Shown in pieces: positions 9,477-19,553 of a stretch of 64,000 nucleotides of DNA. The stretch is taken from the NCBI GenBank assembly GCA_052390235.1, contig JBQTHB010000002.1:1-64000 (forward strand). The letters run 5' to 3'. The position numbers and the translations under genes were made by a program. The notes below the pieces were generated by a model. It saw only the letters and a program-made list of their open reading frames with translations. It was not told the DNA's origin and ran no database searches. This DNA comes from Deltaproteobacteria bacterium. Lineage in GTDB: Bacteria; Desulfobacterota_D; UBA1144; Nemesobacterales; CSP1-2. How positions within the stretch are numbered: the first letter of the stretch is position 1; the number at the start of each line of letters is the position of its first letter.

Positions 9477-10694
9477 TTACGGAGTAACGTAGTTAGTTCT
9501 GAGAAATAAATACGCCGCCCAGCCGTTAATCAGCGCCGAGATGGCAAAAAGAGCGATTTCGCTCGCCGTGAGTCTCTTCGGACTGCTCTCCAGTATTATG
9601 AGATACATCCACGGCAGAAGCACCATTGCATAGCGGTAGGACACCTGCCAGCCCCCCGGATTTCCGTGTATCCACAGTATAAATGTGAGAATTAGAACCG
9701 CCGCCCATGCCGTAGCTTTTAAGGCTCTATCCGCCCCGCCCCGCCGAAATAACAGAAACAGCGCCGGGCTTGCCATGAAAATAGAGCCGCCGAACCCAGT
9801 AGGCACGTAATAGGGATATTCGGCAAGGCGTTTCCACCCCTGAAAGAGCATCTCTTTGGCGTTAAGCGGTATCGCCGATAGAGAAAATATGCCGCCGCTG
9901 TACCAAGGCTCGCTCAGCACGCCGGGGATTCTCGCGTAGCCGAAATCGAATGGGGACTCAAAACGGGCGTAATTATAGGCGAGAGTCGCAGCGCCTAGGG
10001 CAAATGGCAGGGCGGAAAATGCGGCAATCCGCCCGAGCTGTTTTGGAATATCTACGACAGAGCGGACGCGCCCCCGGAGCAATAGATAAAAGAAAATAGG
10101 GAATAGGGCTATAATCTCCGTGCGATTGCCGAATCCGACGGCGAAAAAAAATCCTGCCAAGAAGGGTTTTTGGCGCACAAGCAGAAAATACAGCGCCCCC
10201 GCCTCTCCGAGTACCGCGAACCCCAGCGCAATATGCCATGCGCCGCCAAATGCGAGATTCGCCCACGTCCAAGTGCCAAGTAGCGGAAAAAGCGATAAAA
10301 CGGCGCGTTTTGAGGGGGTCAATTCATATCTGCCAGCGAGCGCGAAAAAGAACGCCGCCGATAAAGCCGCTACCGTTGCCACAATAGCCGCGGCGGGAAA
10401 CCCGTTAATAACCCCTATCATCTGTAGAGCGGCGGCAGGGATAACGCTCAGCACAGCTCCGAGTGGAAAAACCGAATAATATAATCCGTTGTGCGGCACC
10501 ATCTCGCTCAGCCACGACGGCGGCTGTTCGGCGACTCCTAAGTTTCCGTTGAGCAGGGCGAGGGCAATACGAGAGGTGTAGTCATAAAAATGCCCGGGGT
10601 TCGGATTGGTAAAGTAATATATAATCCCAGCGGCGGCGGCAATTGCGAGCGGCGGAAGCGATTTTGTTATTTTACACTTTCTTGGATTTGGCAT
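9477..10694 (-). CDS. Polytopic membrane protein, GT-C glycosyltransferase-like
   Basis: About 10 TM segments, YYSVFPLG loop, YNYARFESPFDFGY and GGWQVSYRY motifs. Start uncertain (10694 chosen; ORF open to 10766). Confidence 0.6.
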   Translation of the reverse strand: MPNPRKCKITKSLPPLAIAAAAGIIYYFTNPNPGHFYDYTSRIALALLNGNLGVAEQPPSWLSEMVPHNGLYYSVFPLGAVLSVIPAAALQMIGVINGFPAAAIVATVAALSAAFFFALAGRYELTPSKRAVLSLFPLLGTWTWANLAFGGAWHIALGFAVLGEAGALYFLLVRQKPFLAGFFFAVGFGNRTEIIALFPIFFYLLLRGRVRSVVDIPKQLGRIAAFSALPFALGAATLAYNYARFESPFDFGYARIPGVLSEPWYSGGIFSLSAIPLNAKEMLFQGWKRLAEYPYYVPTGFGGSIFMASPALFLLFRRGGADRALKATAWAAVLILTFILWIHGNPGGWQVSYRYAMVLLPWMYLIILESSPKRLTASEIALFAISALINGWAAYLFLRTNYVTP

Positions 10695-10892
10695 TGGCTG
10701 AAACGGAGAGATTTGTGTCCGTCTTTTGTGGGATTGGGGTGTCTGCGTATGACCATCGTAAAGCACGCGGGACGGGATGTCAAGCCGTCTGAATGCGTTG
10801 GCGCGGCGAGGGGAAATTGATTAATTTTCTCAAAAAATATATAGCACCAAAATCGGATGAAATTTATATTTGAATCTGCAATCTTTAGTGGC

Positions 10893-10922
10893 TTGACAAA
10901 TAATCGCCAAAGCTGATACACT
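10893..10922 (+). promoter_or_regulatory. Sigma70-type promoter for the polysaccharide locus
   Basis: TTGACA (10893-10898), 18 nt spacer ending TGn, TACACT (10917-10922); AAGGAGGT RBS before the ATG at 10976. Confidence 0.65.
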
Positions 10923-10975
10923 TAAACGAACCCGCGTATATTCTATAGAAAATCAAAAGGAGGTAGATTAAGAAT

Positions 10976-11917
10976 ATGAACCTGCAGAAATTAATCTCCT
11001 TATTCCTAGTTTTTTTAATTATGAATCTCGAAGTTCACGCCGCGTCCATTCTTGGGAAGGTGGCGGTCTATACTGGCCCGTCTAAATCCGAGATAGTCCC
11101 TTTAATCTCCGGCAATAAGATGAGCTATCAGCACAAGACTCTCGTTAGGATTAACGGCGGCACATTGGTTGCCGATGCCGGAACGGTGTTTGAGGCTCTC
11201 GACGAGGGGGATAGAATAACCTTTAAAATCGAGCGCGGCAGCCTTTATCTGCGTGTTGCTCCTGAGAAAGGCAGGGTTGCCGTCAGAACCCCCCTGGGCG
11301 ATGTAACCTCTCCGGCGGTTGCCTTGGCGTCGAACTCCGTTGTGTCGGGCGAGGTTATCGTAAGCGGCAAGCAGACAACAATAGAGGTCTCTGAAGGCAC
11401 TCTGGAACTCACTCCCTCCAGAAACGGCGTGAGTGTGGTGAAGTTTAATGAAGGCAAATCCGAGAGAGTCGCCCCAAGAGGCGGAGTTATAAAAATATCG
11501 GAAGGGGATAGGATAGTCGTTGCGCAGGCAGGGCTAGACGAGGTCGCAGGCGCTGATTTGTCCGGCTTGATAAATCAGACTGGCGTGGCTGTCGGGTCTC
11601 TGAATCCGAGCGGGAGCGTTCAGGTAGGCGATAAAACCTACAGCGCGGCGGTTGTAAATAAAAACCTCAAGGTTGTAAAGGCGAATCTGCCGAGCGGCAC
11701 TGCGGTGAGAGTCATAGGGGCTAGGGATTTGCTCCTTCTGGTCGTCCCAATTGAAGCCGCCGCTGGAGAGGTCTTCGGCTTGGGAAATGCGGCGCTCATT
11801 CCCTTTTATGTTGGCGGAATACTGGCGTGCTTTCTCCCTAGAAAGGGCCGTCTGTTCGGTATCATAGCCTGCGATGACGACGACGATGACGAAGAGGCAA
11901 GCCCTATACGGAGATAA
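10976..11917 (+). CDS. Exported protein with FecR-like beta region, NfeD-like OB domain, C-terminal TM helix and acidic tail
   Basis: Signal peptide ending VHA; VRTPLG...IEVSEG (FecR-like); GVAVGSLNPSGSVQVG...LPSGTAVRVIG (NfeD-like); ends CDDDDDDEEASPIRR. Confidence 0.6.
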   Translation: MNLQKLISLFLVFLIMNLEVHAASILGKVAVYTGPSKSEIVPLISGNKMSYQHKTLVRINGGTLVADAGTVFEALDEGDRITFKIERGSLYLRVAPEKGRVAVRTPLGDVTSPAVALASNSVVSGEVIVSGKQTTIEVSEGTLELTPSRNGVSVVKFNEGKSERVAPRGGVIKISEGDRIVVAQAGLDEVAGADLSGLINQTGVAVGSLNPSGSVQVGDKTYSAAVVNKNLKVVKANLPSGTAVRVIGARDLLLLVVPIEAAAGEVFGLGNAALIPFYVGGILACFLPRKGRLFGIIACDDDDDDEEASPIRR

Positions 11918-11942
11918 TAACCCTTCGGGACAGCAGTTTATT

Positions 11943-12980
11943 ATGAATTTGAGATATAAAACAGAAATATGTCATTCCATACCCTTAATATTTATATTTT
12001 CGCTTCTCATAGCCGGCTGCGGCGGGGGAAGGGGCGTTAGTTCGTCTTCCACTTCGCTTGCGAAAATACAGACCTCTCAAGAAGTTAACGAACTCAACAC
12101 TAAAATCCTCTTGCAGGGGTCAGGCTCTCCGGCGTCTCCGGCGGATTATTTAATCGGCCCGGCGGATTTGCTCGAGGTGAAGGTGTTTGAATCCGACAGG
12201 CTTACGGCTACCTCCAGAGTAAGCTCAAGGGGGGATATAACGCTTCCGCTTCTAGGCAGCGTCGCCGTTGACGGGCTTACCGCCAGAGAAGCCGAGCAGA
12301 AAGTCGAGGATTTATTAAGGCGAGGCCGCTATATAAACGATCCTCACGTGAGCGTGTTTCTAAAGGAGAACCGCAGCAAGCTCGTCTCCGTCGTGGGATA
12401 CGTCGCCGCTCCCGGAACCTATGACCTCCTTGGCAAACAGACCATCTTAGATATTCTCGCGGCTGCCAAAGGGCTCAGAGATAACGCAGGCTCGTCGGTC
12501 TATATTACCAGAGCCAACGGCGCCGATGGGCAAAGAGAGGCTTTCGTGGTTGACCTTGACCAATTGCTCGTCAAGGGAAATACAGACATCAATCTCGCTC
12601 TCAAAGCGGGGGACGTTATTTATATCCCCGAAGCGGGAACTATCTTCGTTGAGGGCGCGGTAAAAAGGCCCGGCTCCTATCCGATAAAGGGAACAACGAC
12701 TGTGAGCCAAAGCATAGCAATAGCCGGCGGAAAGGCAGGATTTGCGGGTAACGGTGTCGAGTTGGTTCGATATTTGGGCAATGGAAGAAGAGAGGTTGTC
12801 CAACTCGATTTGGGTAGCATTCAAAACGGTGAGACCGAAGACCCCATATTAAAAGACAGAGACGCGATAGTTCTCAGCGCCAGCACGGCAAAAAGGGTAC
12901 TCTACGGGCTTCGCCTCAACTTTCTATTGGGGCTCATAGGCGTTGGGTATTCCCCGCCGGAAACGCTTCAAACTCAGTAG
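11943..12980 (+). CDS. wza: Polysaccharide export lipoprotein (Poly_export + SLBB domains)
   Basis: Lipobox LIAGC, DYLIGPADLLEVKVF, GDITLPLLG, SLBB repeats; start placed at ATG 11943. Confidence 0.88.
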   Translation: MNLRYKTEICHSIPLIFIFSLLIAGCGGGRGVSSSSTSLAKIQTSQEVNELNTKILLQGSGSPASPADYLIGPADLLEVKVFESDRLTATSRVSSRGDITLPLLGSVAVDGLTAREAEQKVEDLLRRGRYINDPHVSVFLKENRSKLVSVVGYVAAPGTYDLLGKQTILDILAAAKGLRDNAGSSVYITRANGADGQREAFVVDLDQLLVKGNTDINLALKAGDVIYIPEAGTIFVEGAVKRPGSYPIKGTTTVSQSIAIAGGKAGFAGNGVELVRYLGNGRREVVQLDLGSIQNGETEDPILKDRDAIVLSASTAKRVLYGLRLNFLLGLIGVGYSPPETLQTQ

Positions 12981-13005
12981 TGATTTTCTTCTGGAGATTC
13001 TTGAC

Positions 13006-15411
13006 TTGGAAGACAATGACGACAGACGCCTACCGCCTTCGGGTAGAAAAGGGATGGAGCTCAAACAACGGGACGATTATTCCCTCTCCACCGAAATCAG
13101 AAGAGAGTACTTTGACCCCTCGGTTGAAGAAGATTTAAATATCCGCGATTACCTAGATGTTATTATCAGGCAGAAGTGGCTCGTATTGACCTGCCTTGTG
13201 ATTTCTCTGGTCGTCGGAATCGTCCTGACTCTAAAGTCCGAGAAGCTCTTTCGAGCCATTGCCACTATAGAAATCGCCCCCGAAACCCCGAAAATAACCT
13301 CGTTTGAAGAGATAGGCTCTCGCACCGTGGATATTAGAGAGTTCTACGAAACTCAATACAGGCTTATTAAGAGCAAGTACCTTGCCAGAGACGTTATGGA
13401 CGCTCTGTCTTTGGACTCCGACCCGTTGTTTGTCGGGTCTAAGTCCAACGGCGTTCTATCCTCGATAAAGAGTAAATTCTCCTCTCCTCAATCAACCGAA
13501 GATACTCAAAAATCCCTTGAACTGATGACTCAAAAGGAGCAAATTGCAAGGGAGGAGGGGCTGATTCAATTTTTCCTCTCCCGCCTCAACGTAGTGCCGG
13601 ACACTGGCTCAAGGCTCGTACAAATTGCCTTTGATAGCCCTTACCCGGAGATTGCCGCAAAAACCGCCAATACCGTCGTGGATAGGTATATCGAATGGAT
13701 TTTAGAGAGAAAACTAGGCACCACAAAGGGCGCGAGGCAGTTCCTCGAGAGGCAGATTGAGCAGTCTAAAGTGAAACTTGAGCAGTCCGAAGAGGATCTG
13801 GGCAAGTTCGCAAAGAGCGTGGATATAGTATCCCTCGATAGGGACCTGAACTTGGTATTTAAACAACTCGCCGAGCTCAACGACTCGCTTGCCAAAGCCG
13901 AAACCGACAGGCTCTCCAAGGAGGCTCTCTACGGGCAGATTCAGTCGGGCAGTTTTGATTATCTCCCTCAGATACTCAACGACCCGGCGACTCAGGGCTT
14001 AAACGCCGAATATGCAAAACTCAAGGGGCAGTACGATAATCTGGCAGTCGTCTATGGCCCAAATTTCCCGGAATTGAAGCAAATTGCGGCGCAAATCGGC
14101 AGAGTGGAGTCCGAGATTGAGAAGCGCAAACTCTCGGCCGCCGAGGGGATTAAAAAAGATTATGAAACGGCAGTACAAAGGGAGCGAATCCTAAGGCAGA
14201 GAAACGACCAGCAAAAGCTAGCCGCCGCCGACCAAAACGAAAAAGCCATACAGTATAAAATTATTGAAAGAGAGGTCAATACAAATAAAGAAATCTACGA
14301 CAACCTCTTGCAGAAATTAAAAGAAACCGAGGTAACGGCGGATATTAGGGCTACAAACGTTCAAGTCGTGGATTATGCCTTCCCCCCGCTCGTGCCTTAT
14401 AAGCCAGATGTAAAATACAACCTCCTCTATTCGATAATTATCGGACTTATGTCTGGCATCGCGCTGTGCTTCGTGCTTGAGCAGTTTAACACCACAATAA
14501 AGGACGAAGACGAAATCAAGCGCCGATTTGCCGCGCTACCCTTCTTAGGCACCGTGCCGCTTAGAGCAGACGGAGACCGCGGGGCAATTGAAAAAACCGT
14601 TCATATAAACCCGCGCTCAATAATTTCTGAAGCCTTCCGCGTCATCAGAACCTCAATTCTATACTCCTCACCGAACCACCCCCCGCGATCAATTCTCGTA
14701 ACCAGCACCCAGCCCATGGAGGGGAAAACCACCTCGGCCTCAAATCTGTCTCTAGCCATGGTTCAATCTGGGCTTCGAGTCGTGCTGATAGACGGCGACA
14801 TGAGAAGGCCGAGGATACATAAAATTTTCTTCAGCAACGCTCCCAACGCCATCGGGCTTAGCAGTTATCTCGTGGGTAAAATTGAGCTTAAGGACGTAGT
14901 TGCCCCCTCTGGCATAGAGGGCTTAAGCATTATCTCCTCAGGTCCCATCCCCCCGAATCCCGCCGAGCTTCTAGGCTCGAAGAGAATGGTGGATATGATT
15001 GCCGCTCTCCTAGAAGAGTTCGACCACGTAATTATTGACGCCCCTCCGGTGCTGGCATTTGCCGACTCTAGGCTTCTTGCAAGCGCAGTTGACGGAGTGC
15101 TAATTGTAACCAGCGTGGGCATTACGCAGAAGCAGTGGCTCAAAACGTGTATAGAGGATATTATCAAAGTAAGGGGCAGAATTATCGGAGCCATCGTCAA
15201 CAGATTTGAATCGGGGCGCAGTAAGTACGGATACGGATATTACTACTACTACGGCGAGGGAGACGAGAGGAAGCGGAAGAAGAAATTCTCCCCTACCGCA
15301 AAGGTTGACCCCGATAACTTCCACATTGCCTCGGATATGAAAAAGAGGATGCAGAAAGGCAGAGGAAAACTCGCCTCCTTCTTCAATAACCGCAGAGACG
15401 GGCAAACCTAA
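13006..15411 (+). CDS. wzc: Polysaccharide co-polymerase / BY tyrosine autokinase (Wzc/GumC)
   Basis: Two TM helices around a coiled coil, Walker A PMEGKTT, IDGDMRRP, IIDAPP, tyrosine cluster YGYGYYYYY. Start uncertain (TTG 13006 or ATG 13054). Confidence 0.93.
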   Translation: MEDNDDRRLPPSGRKGMELKQRDDYSLSTEIRREYFDPSVEEDLNIRDYLDVIIRQKWLVLTCLVISLVVGIVLTLKSEKLFRAIATIEIAPETPKITSFEEIGSRTVDIREFYETQYRLIKSKYLARDVMDALSLDSDPLFVGSKSNGVLSSIKSKFSSPQSTEDTQKSLELMTQKEQIAREEGLIQFFLSRLNVVPDTGSRLVQIAFDSPYPEIAAKTANTVVDRYIEWILERKLGTTKGARQFLERQIEQSKVKLEQSEEDLGKFAKSVDIVSLDRDLNLVFKQLAELNDSLAKAETDRLSKEALYGQIQSGSFDYLPQILNDPATQGLNAEYAKLKGQYDNLAVVYGPNFPELKQIAAQIGRVESEIEKRKLSAAEGIKKDYETAVQRERILRQRNDQQKLAAADQNEKAIQYKIIEREVNTNKEIYDNLLQKLKETEVTADIRATNVQVVDYAFPPLVPYKPDVKYNLLYSIIIGLMSGIALCFVLEQFNTTIKDEDEIKRRFAALPFLGTVPLRADGDRGAIEKTVHINPRSIISEAFRVIRTSILYSSPNHPPRSILVTSTQPMEGKTTSASNLSLAMVQSGLRVVLIDGDMRRPRIHKIFFSNAPNAIGLSSYLVGKIELKDVVAPSGIEGLSIISSGPIPPNPAELLGSKRMVDMIAALLEEFDHVIIDAPPVLAFADSRLLASAVDGVLIVTSVGITQKQWLKTCIEDIIKVRGRIIGAIVNRFESGRSKYGYGYYYYYGEGDERKRKKKFSPTAKVDPDNFHIASDMKKRMQKGRGKLASFFNNRRDGQT

Positions 15412-15492
15412 TTGCCATTATCGAGCGGCGAATTTACAATCCCGCATCGAAAGTGTAAATTAGAATAAAATCGAACCCCTAGGGAGCGCGAG

Positions 15493-16599
15493 ATGAAGAT
15501 AAGCTCGGATGATATACTAAGACAGGACTTCAGCACCAAGGCTTTTGGATTCAGCAAAGAAGAGGTTATGTCTTTTCTCGAAATAGTAAGCGCCGAGTAC
15601 GAAGAACTCGTCAGCGAAAACGCGCTTCTAAAAAAGCAACTCGGAGAAAAAAATACCCAAATTCAGCTTCTCGACGAGAGCAAAGCCGAGATAAAAGACA
15701 TCCTAAACACCCTCCGCCAGTTCAGTAAAGAATCCCTTGAGGTTGCCCACACAAACACCCTCCTTGACCAGCAACTCATTAAAAAAGACGAGGAAATTAT
15801 AAAATCCATTAGCGGAGATGTAGGGGCCGAGCTAAAGAGACTGCTCGCCGGGATTCAATCCCTCAAAGAACTCTACGATGCCAGATTGAAAGAGGATAAA
15901 TTACTCAACAAAGGGGATTTGGAGCGATTTGTCTCGACTGTCCAGATAATTAAAGAGCAGGAATTCAAAAAAATCGAAGCCGAAGCCGCCTCAATCGTAA
16001 AAGATGCAAAGCAGAGGGGCGAAGAGGTGATTAAAGAAGCCACCTCCCACGCCGATAAAATAAGGGAGCAAGCCGCCCCAATTGTGCATCAGGCAAAGCA
16101 GAAAGCCGAAGAGGTAATAAGAGAAGCCCTTGAACTGGCGTCTAGGAAAAAAGAGGAGTCCGCCCTGCTTGCGAATCAGACTCAGCAGAGGTCCGACGAG
16201 ATGCTCCGCGACGCCGAGAGGGCGAAAGAGAGCGCCGTATCAATCGTCGCCGAGGCGCATCAGAGAGCCGATGAACTAGTTAGAGAAGCGCAGAGAGAGT
16301 CCGAGAGAGTACAGGAAGACGCCTCGCATATAGTCAAAAAATCCCAGCAGCGCTCCGAGCTAATAGTCCAGGAGGCTGAAGAAGAGGCGTCCCGCATACG
16401 CTCGGCTTTCGCTGAGATTAAAAAACAGCACCAGTTCTTCAAAGACAGAATGAAAGAGGTCATCGAGCTGCAGCTCCAGATTTTAGGCTCTCCGGGCGGC
16501 GCGGGGGGGGCAGGAGCGGTCTTGCCCACTCCAATTGAAGACGCGCTCGGCAAAGAACCTAGTCCATGGATGGCGCCAAGCGAGCAACGCAAAAACTAG
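15493..16599 (+). CDS. DivIVA-domain coiled-coil protein
   Basis: N-terminus ISSDDILRQDFSTKAFGFSKEEVMSFLEIV matches the DivIVA domain; long repetitive coiled coil. Confidence 0.8.
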   Translation: MKISSDDILRQDFSTKAFGFSKEEVMSFLEIVSAEYEELVSENALLKKQLGEKNTQIQLLDESKAEIKDILNTLRQFSKESLEVAHTNTLLDQQLIKKDEEIIKSISGDVGAELKRLLAGIQSLKELYDARLKEDKLLNKGDLERFVSTVQIIKEQEFKKIEAEAASIVKDAKQRGEEVIKEATSHADKIREQAAPIVHQAKQKAEEVIREALELASRKKEESALLANQTQQRSDEMLRDAERAKESAVSIVAEAHQRADELVREAQRESERVQEDASHIVKKSQQRSELIVQEAEEEASRIRSAFAEIKKQHQFFKDRMKEVIELQLQILGSPGGAGGAGAVLPTPIEDALGKEPSPWMAPSEQRKN

Positions 16600-16759
16600 G
16601 GCGTCAATCTCTCGCTTCTGCGGGCTTATAGCGCGCGCTGTCTGATGAGAGCCGGGCGGGGCGGAGGCAGGGGGGGCGAACATTCTCTGGGTTTTGAGAT
16701 GCCACAATTGCCGGAGTTAGGTAGCCGGAACACTAGACAATGGATTTCGGGATTAATTT

Positions 16760-18019
16760 ATGAAAACCCTTGGCTTAGCCTCTAAGTTTGCTCCTCAGTT
16801 GCTTCTCCTCGCCGTATCCCTGTTTTTTATATTCAATATCGCCCGCTATCTTCCCCCCATCCTCGGCGACCAGGCCGATATAGGCTCTCTGGAAAAGGGC
16901 GTCTATTATAATCCGAGCGACGCCGAGTTGCACTCCCAATTGGCAAATATCTACTCGCTCCTGATGATAGCAGGAGACGACAGGGTGAAGTCTCTCTATG
17001 AGACCTCGCTTATGCTCAGCCCCCTTATGTCCTCATCGTGGCTAGGGCTTTCGGAACTGCTTTTTGAGCAGGGAGATAGTGATAAAGCCGTTATAGCCCT
17101 AAAGCGCGGGCTTTCAATGATACCTGCCTCGATAGGGCGTCTGTGGGAGGCATCGATGCTCGCGCTCCGCCTGGATGAGAGGGCTCTGGCTGTGGATGGG
17201 CTTCGGCTCGTAGCCAAATCCGACCCGGAGAGAAGGGAAAGGGTGTTTGATATTTCATGGCAGCTAATAGGGGATTCCAGATTTATACTTAATGAGATTG
17301 TGAGCGATGAAATATTGCCGGATTACTTAAATTATCTCGCTAGAAGGGACAAAATTGTGGAGGCCCTTGCGGTTTGGAAGAGAATTGAAAAGGCAAAAAT
17401 TCCGGTTTCGGATAATTTTGCCTTTAGCTACATGGAGCTATTGGTGAGAAAAAATAGCGTGTCCGAAGCCTATTCGGTTTGGACGGCGAGGTTTGGTCTG
17501 CCGGACGCCGATACGCTTGTTTGGAACGGGGGGTTCGAGAGAGACCCTCTCGGCGGGGGGTTTGATTGGCAGATTTCAAGGGTGGACGGGGCGAGGGTTG
17601 ACTTCTCATGGCTCAAGAAATCCTCCGGCAATAAGTCCCTCAGGCTCAGATTTGACGGCAATCACAACGTTGACTTCTATCACGTGTTTCAGTTTGTTCC
17701 TGTAAAACCTGGGGCGGATTACCTGCTCTCTTCCCGAATATCCACTGATGGGGTTACGACGAGGAACGGCTTGGGGTGGGAGGTCGTCTGCTTTCCCGCG
17801 TTTAGCTTGTTTAAATCCTCCGCTACTGTCGTTGGAACGACCGATTGGGAGGAACTGGAGCTTAATTTCCGCGCCCCTTCGGATTGCAGGTCGGTTGTCG
17901 TAAGGCTTAGGCGTTTCCCCAGCGACAGGATTGACCGCAACATCGCGGGAATGGCGTGGGTGGACGATGTGAAATTGGTACGACTCAAGGCGGCTCAAGA
18001 TGCTCGTAGTGGAAACTAA
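16760..18019 (+). CDS. Membrane-anchored TPR-like protein with C-terminal carbohydrate-binding (CBM4/9-like) domain
   Basis: N-terminal TM, helical repeats, LVWNGGFE...GTTDWEELELNF...AWVDDVKL. Confidence 0.7.
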   Translation: MKTLGLASKFAPQLLLLAVSLFFIFNIARYLPPILGDQADIGSLEKGVYYNPSDAELHSQLANIYSLLMIAGDDRVKSLYETSLMLSPLMSSSWLGLSELLFEQGDSDKAVIALKRGLSMIPASIGRLWEASMLALRLDERALAVDGLRLVAKSDPERRERVFDISWQLIGDSRFILNEIVSDEILPDYLNYLARRDKIVEALAVWKRIEKAKIPVSDNFAFSYMELLVRKNSVSEAYSVWTARFGLPDADTLVWNGGFERDPLGGGFDWQISRVDGARVDFSWLKKSSGNKSLRLRFDGNHNVDFYHVFQFVPVKPGADYLLSSRISTDGVTTRNGLGWEVVCFPAFSLFKSSATVVGTTDWEELELNFRAPSDCRSVVVRLRRFPSDRIDRNIAGMAWVDDVKLVRLKAAQDARSGN

Positions 18020-19553
18020 GGTATATGAAAAGGTAATCCTCCAAATTATCAACGCCGAGGATATGAGAAAGCTCGTAAAGGAGTTTCTCAAGGATAGGTT
18101 TTTCTTCTACTCTGTGGTGAGGGACATCTCAAAGGGCGAGTTTTCGCCAAATTACCATATTATCGCTAAAGTGGCTCGCGAGAAGAAAATTGACGAGCAG
18201 TTTATACTGGATCAGGCGAGGTTCGTGCTTTCCTATTTCAACCTCGACGAAGGGGGCGACGACCACTATAAAACCCTCAATATCCCGCGCGACGCCTCCC
18301 CTGAGGAGATTAGAAAAAACTGGCTTGAGCTTATGAAAGCCTATCACCCGGATAAAATCGGGGACAGAGGGCTGGATATTACCAAGAAACTGAACGAAGC
18401 CTACGCCGTATTGGGGGACGCTAAAAAGAGGCGCGCCTACAATATGCGCTATCTCCCGGAAGAAGAGGTCATCGTGAGGGAGGGCCGCCGGAAGCCCAAT
18501 TATCTCATCTACGGAGCGGCTGGGGCGGCTACCCTTGGGGCGCTCGCGCTGGGTTTTATTCTGCTGTCCTCGCCTCAGGACTATGAGATAAAAGACGCCG
18601 AGTACGCCCGGCGCTTCCAGAGCGGTGAAGGCTCGAACTTTAAGCCTCGGCTGAATCTCCCATCTCCGACTCCGCTCGAGCCGCTTAAAGAGCCGATAGC
18701 CGCGCAAACCCCGGAGGGTTTTGCCAAAATTCCAGAATCCCCCCCCGCTCCCGCGTTCGCGCCTCCCGACAAGTCGCCCTCTACCAAAGCTAAGGAAGAT
18801 GAATCCATCGCTTCTGCTTTGATTGCCGAATCTCGCAAGGGAGGCAAAAACATCTATATCGTTCAAAAAGGGGACAATCTCTGGAAAATTGCAAGGGCTT
18901 TGAACACCACAACTAAGGCAATTTCCGAGGCAAACACCCTTAGCGGCAGGCGGCTCAACATTGGCGATGCGCTGGTTATTCCCCAGGCTGCTGAGAGGGA
19001 TACGCAAATCGCAAAAGCCGAGCCGACGCCCGACTCCGCTCAGAAAACCGAAAAAGCCGAAAAAACTCCAGATAATATTCTAACCCCTACGCCTCAGTCT
19101 CCCGCTCCCAACGAGAAAGCCCAAAAATCCCCACCCCCCCGCTCATCGTCGAAGATAGCCGCCGCCTCCGCCCCCGATACGAATTCCCTCTATAGCTTTG
19201 TGTCTGACTACGCCTCGGCTTATCAGCGAAGGGACATCAACCGATTCTTGTCTTACTTCGAGCCTGACGCCAGAGAAAACGGCTCTCCTATATCGCAAAC
19301 CATGAACTCTTACTCGGATAATTTTTACTATTTGGAGATTAAAAAGTATGATATTTTTGTAAGGCAGATTAAAATTGCAGACCTCAGGGGTTATGTCGAA
19401 GGGGATTTTGTGGTTAATTATAGAAAAATAGACGAATCAAAGGTTAAAACCTCGCGGGGGACTATAAGCTGGGTTCTGCTCTGGCAGGATAATATGTGGA
19501 GAATAAAAGAGCTGAACTACAAACTAAGGGATACGAAATCCATAAATGAGTAA
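18000..19553 (+). CDS. DnaJ domain - TM - LysM - NTF2/SnoaL-like fusion protein
   Basis: DHYKTL...AYHPDK...LNEAYAVLGD (J domain with HPD); TM; YIVQKGDNLWKIA (LysM); YASAYQRRDINRFLSYF...WRIKE (NTF2-like). Confidence 0.8.
   Translation: MLVVETKVYEKVILQIINAEDMRKLVKEFLKDRFFFYSVVRDISKGEFSPNYHIIAKVAREKKIDEQFILDQARFVLSYFNLDEGGDDHYKTLNIPRDASPEEIRKNWLELMKAYHPDKIGDRGLDITKKLNEAYAVLGDAKKRRAYNMRYLPEEEVIVREGRRKPNYLIYGAAGAATLGALALGFILLSSPQDYEIKDAEYARRFQSGEGSNFKPRLNLPSPTPLEPLKEPIAAQTPEGFAKIPESPPAPAFAPPDKSPSTKAKEDESIASALIAESRKGGKNIYIVQKGDNLWKIARALNTTTKAISEANTLSGRRLNIGDALVIPQAAERDTQIAKAEPTPDSAQKTEKAEKTPDNILTPTPQSPAPNEKAQKSPPPRSSSKIAAASAPDTNSLYSFVSDYASAYQRRDINRFLSYFEPDARENGSPISQTMNSYSDNFYYLEIKKYDIFVRQIKIADLRGYVEGDFVVNYRKIDESKVKTSRGTISWVLLWQDNMWRIKELNYKLRDTKSINE

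Noticed and set aside
16503..16510. G8 tract as a phase-variation switch
   Set aside because: It lies in the last 30 codons of the DivIVA gene, in a Gly/Ala linker, so slippage would change only the tail.
18129..19007. Long antisense ORFs (also 22881-23495, 24837-25478, 36109-36831, 59821-60384)
   Set aside because: They are shadows of well-supported + strand genes and have no recognisable motifs.
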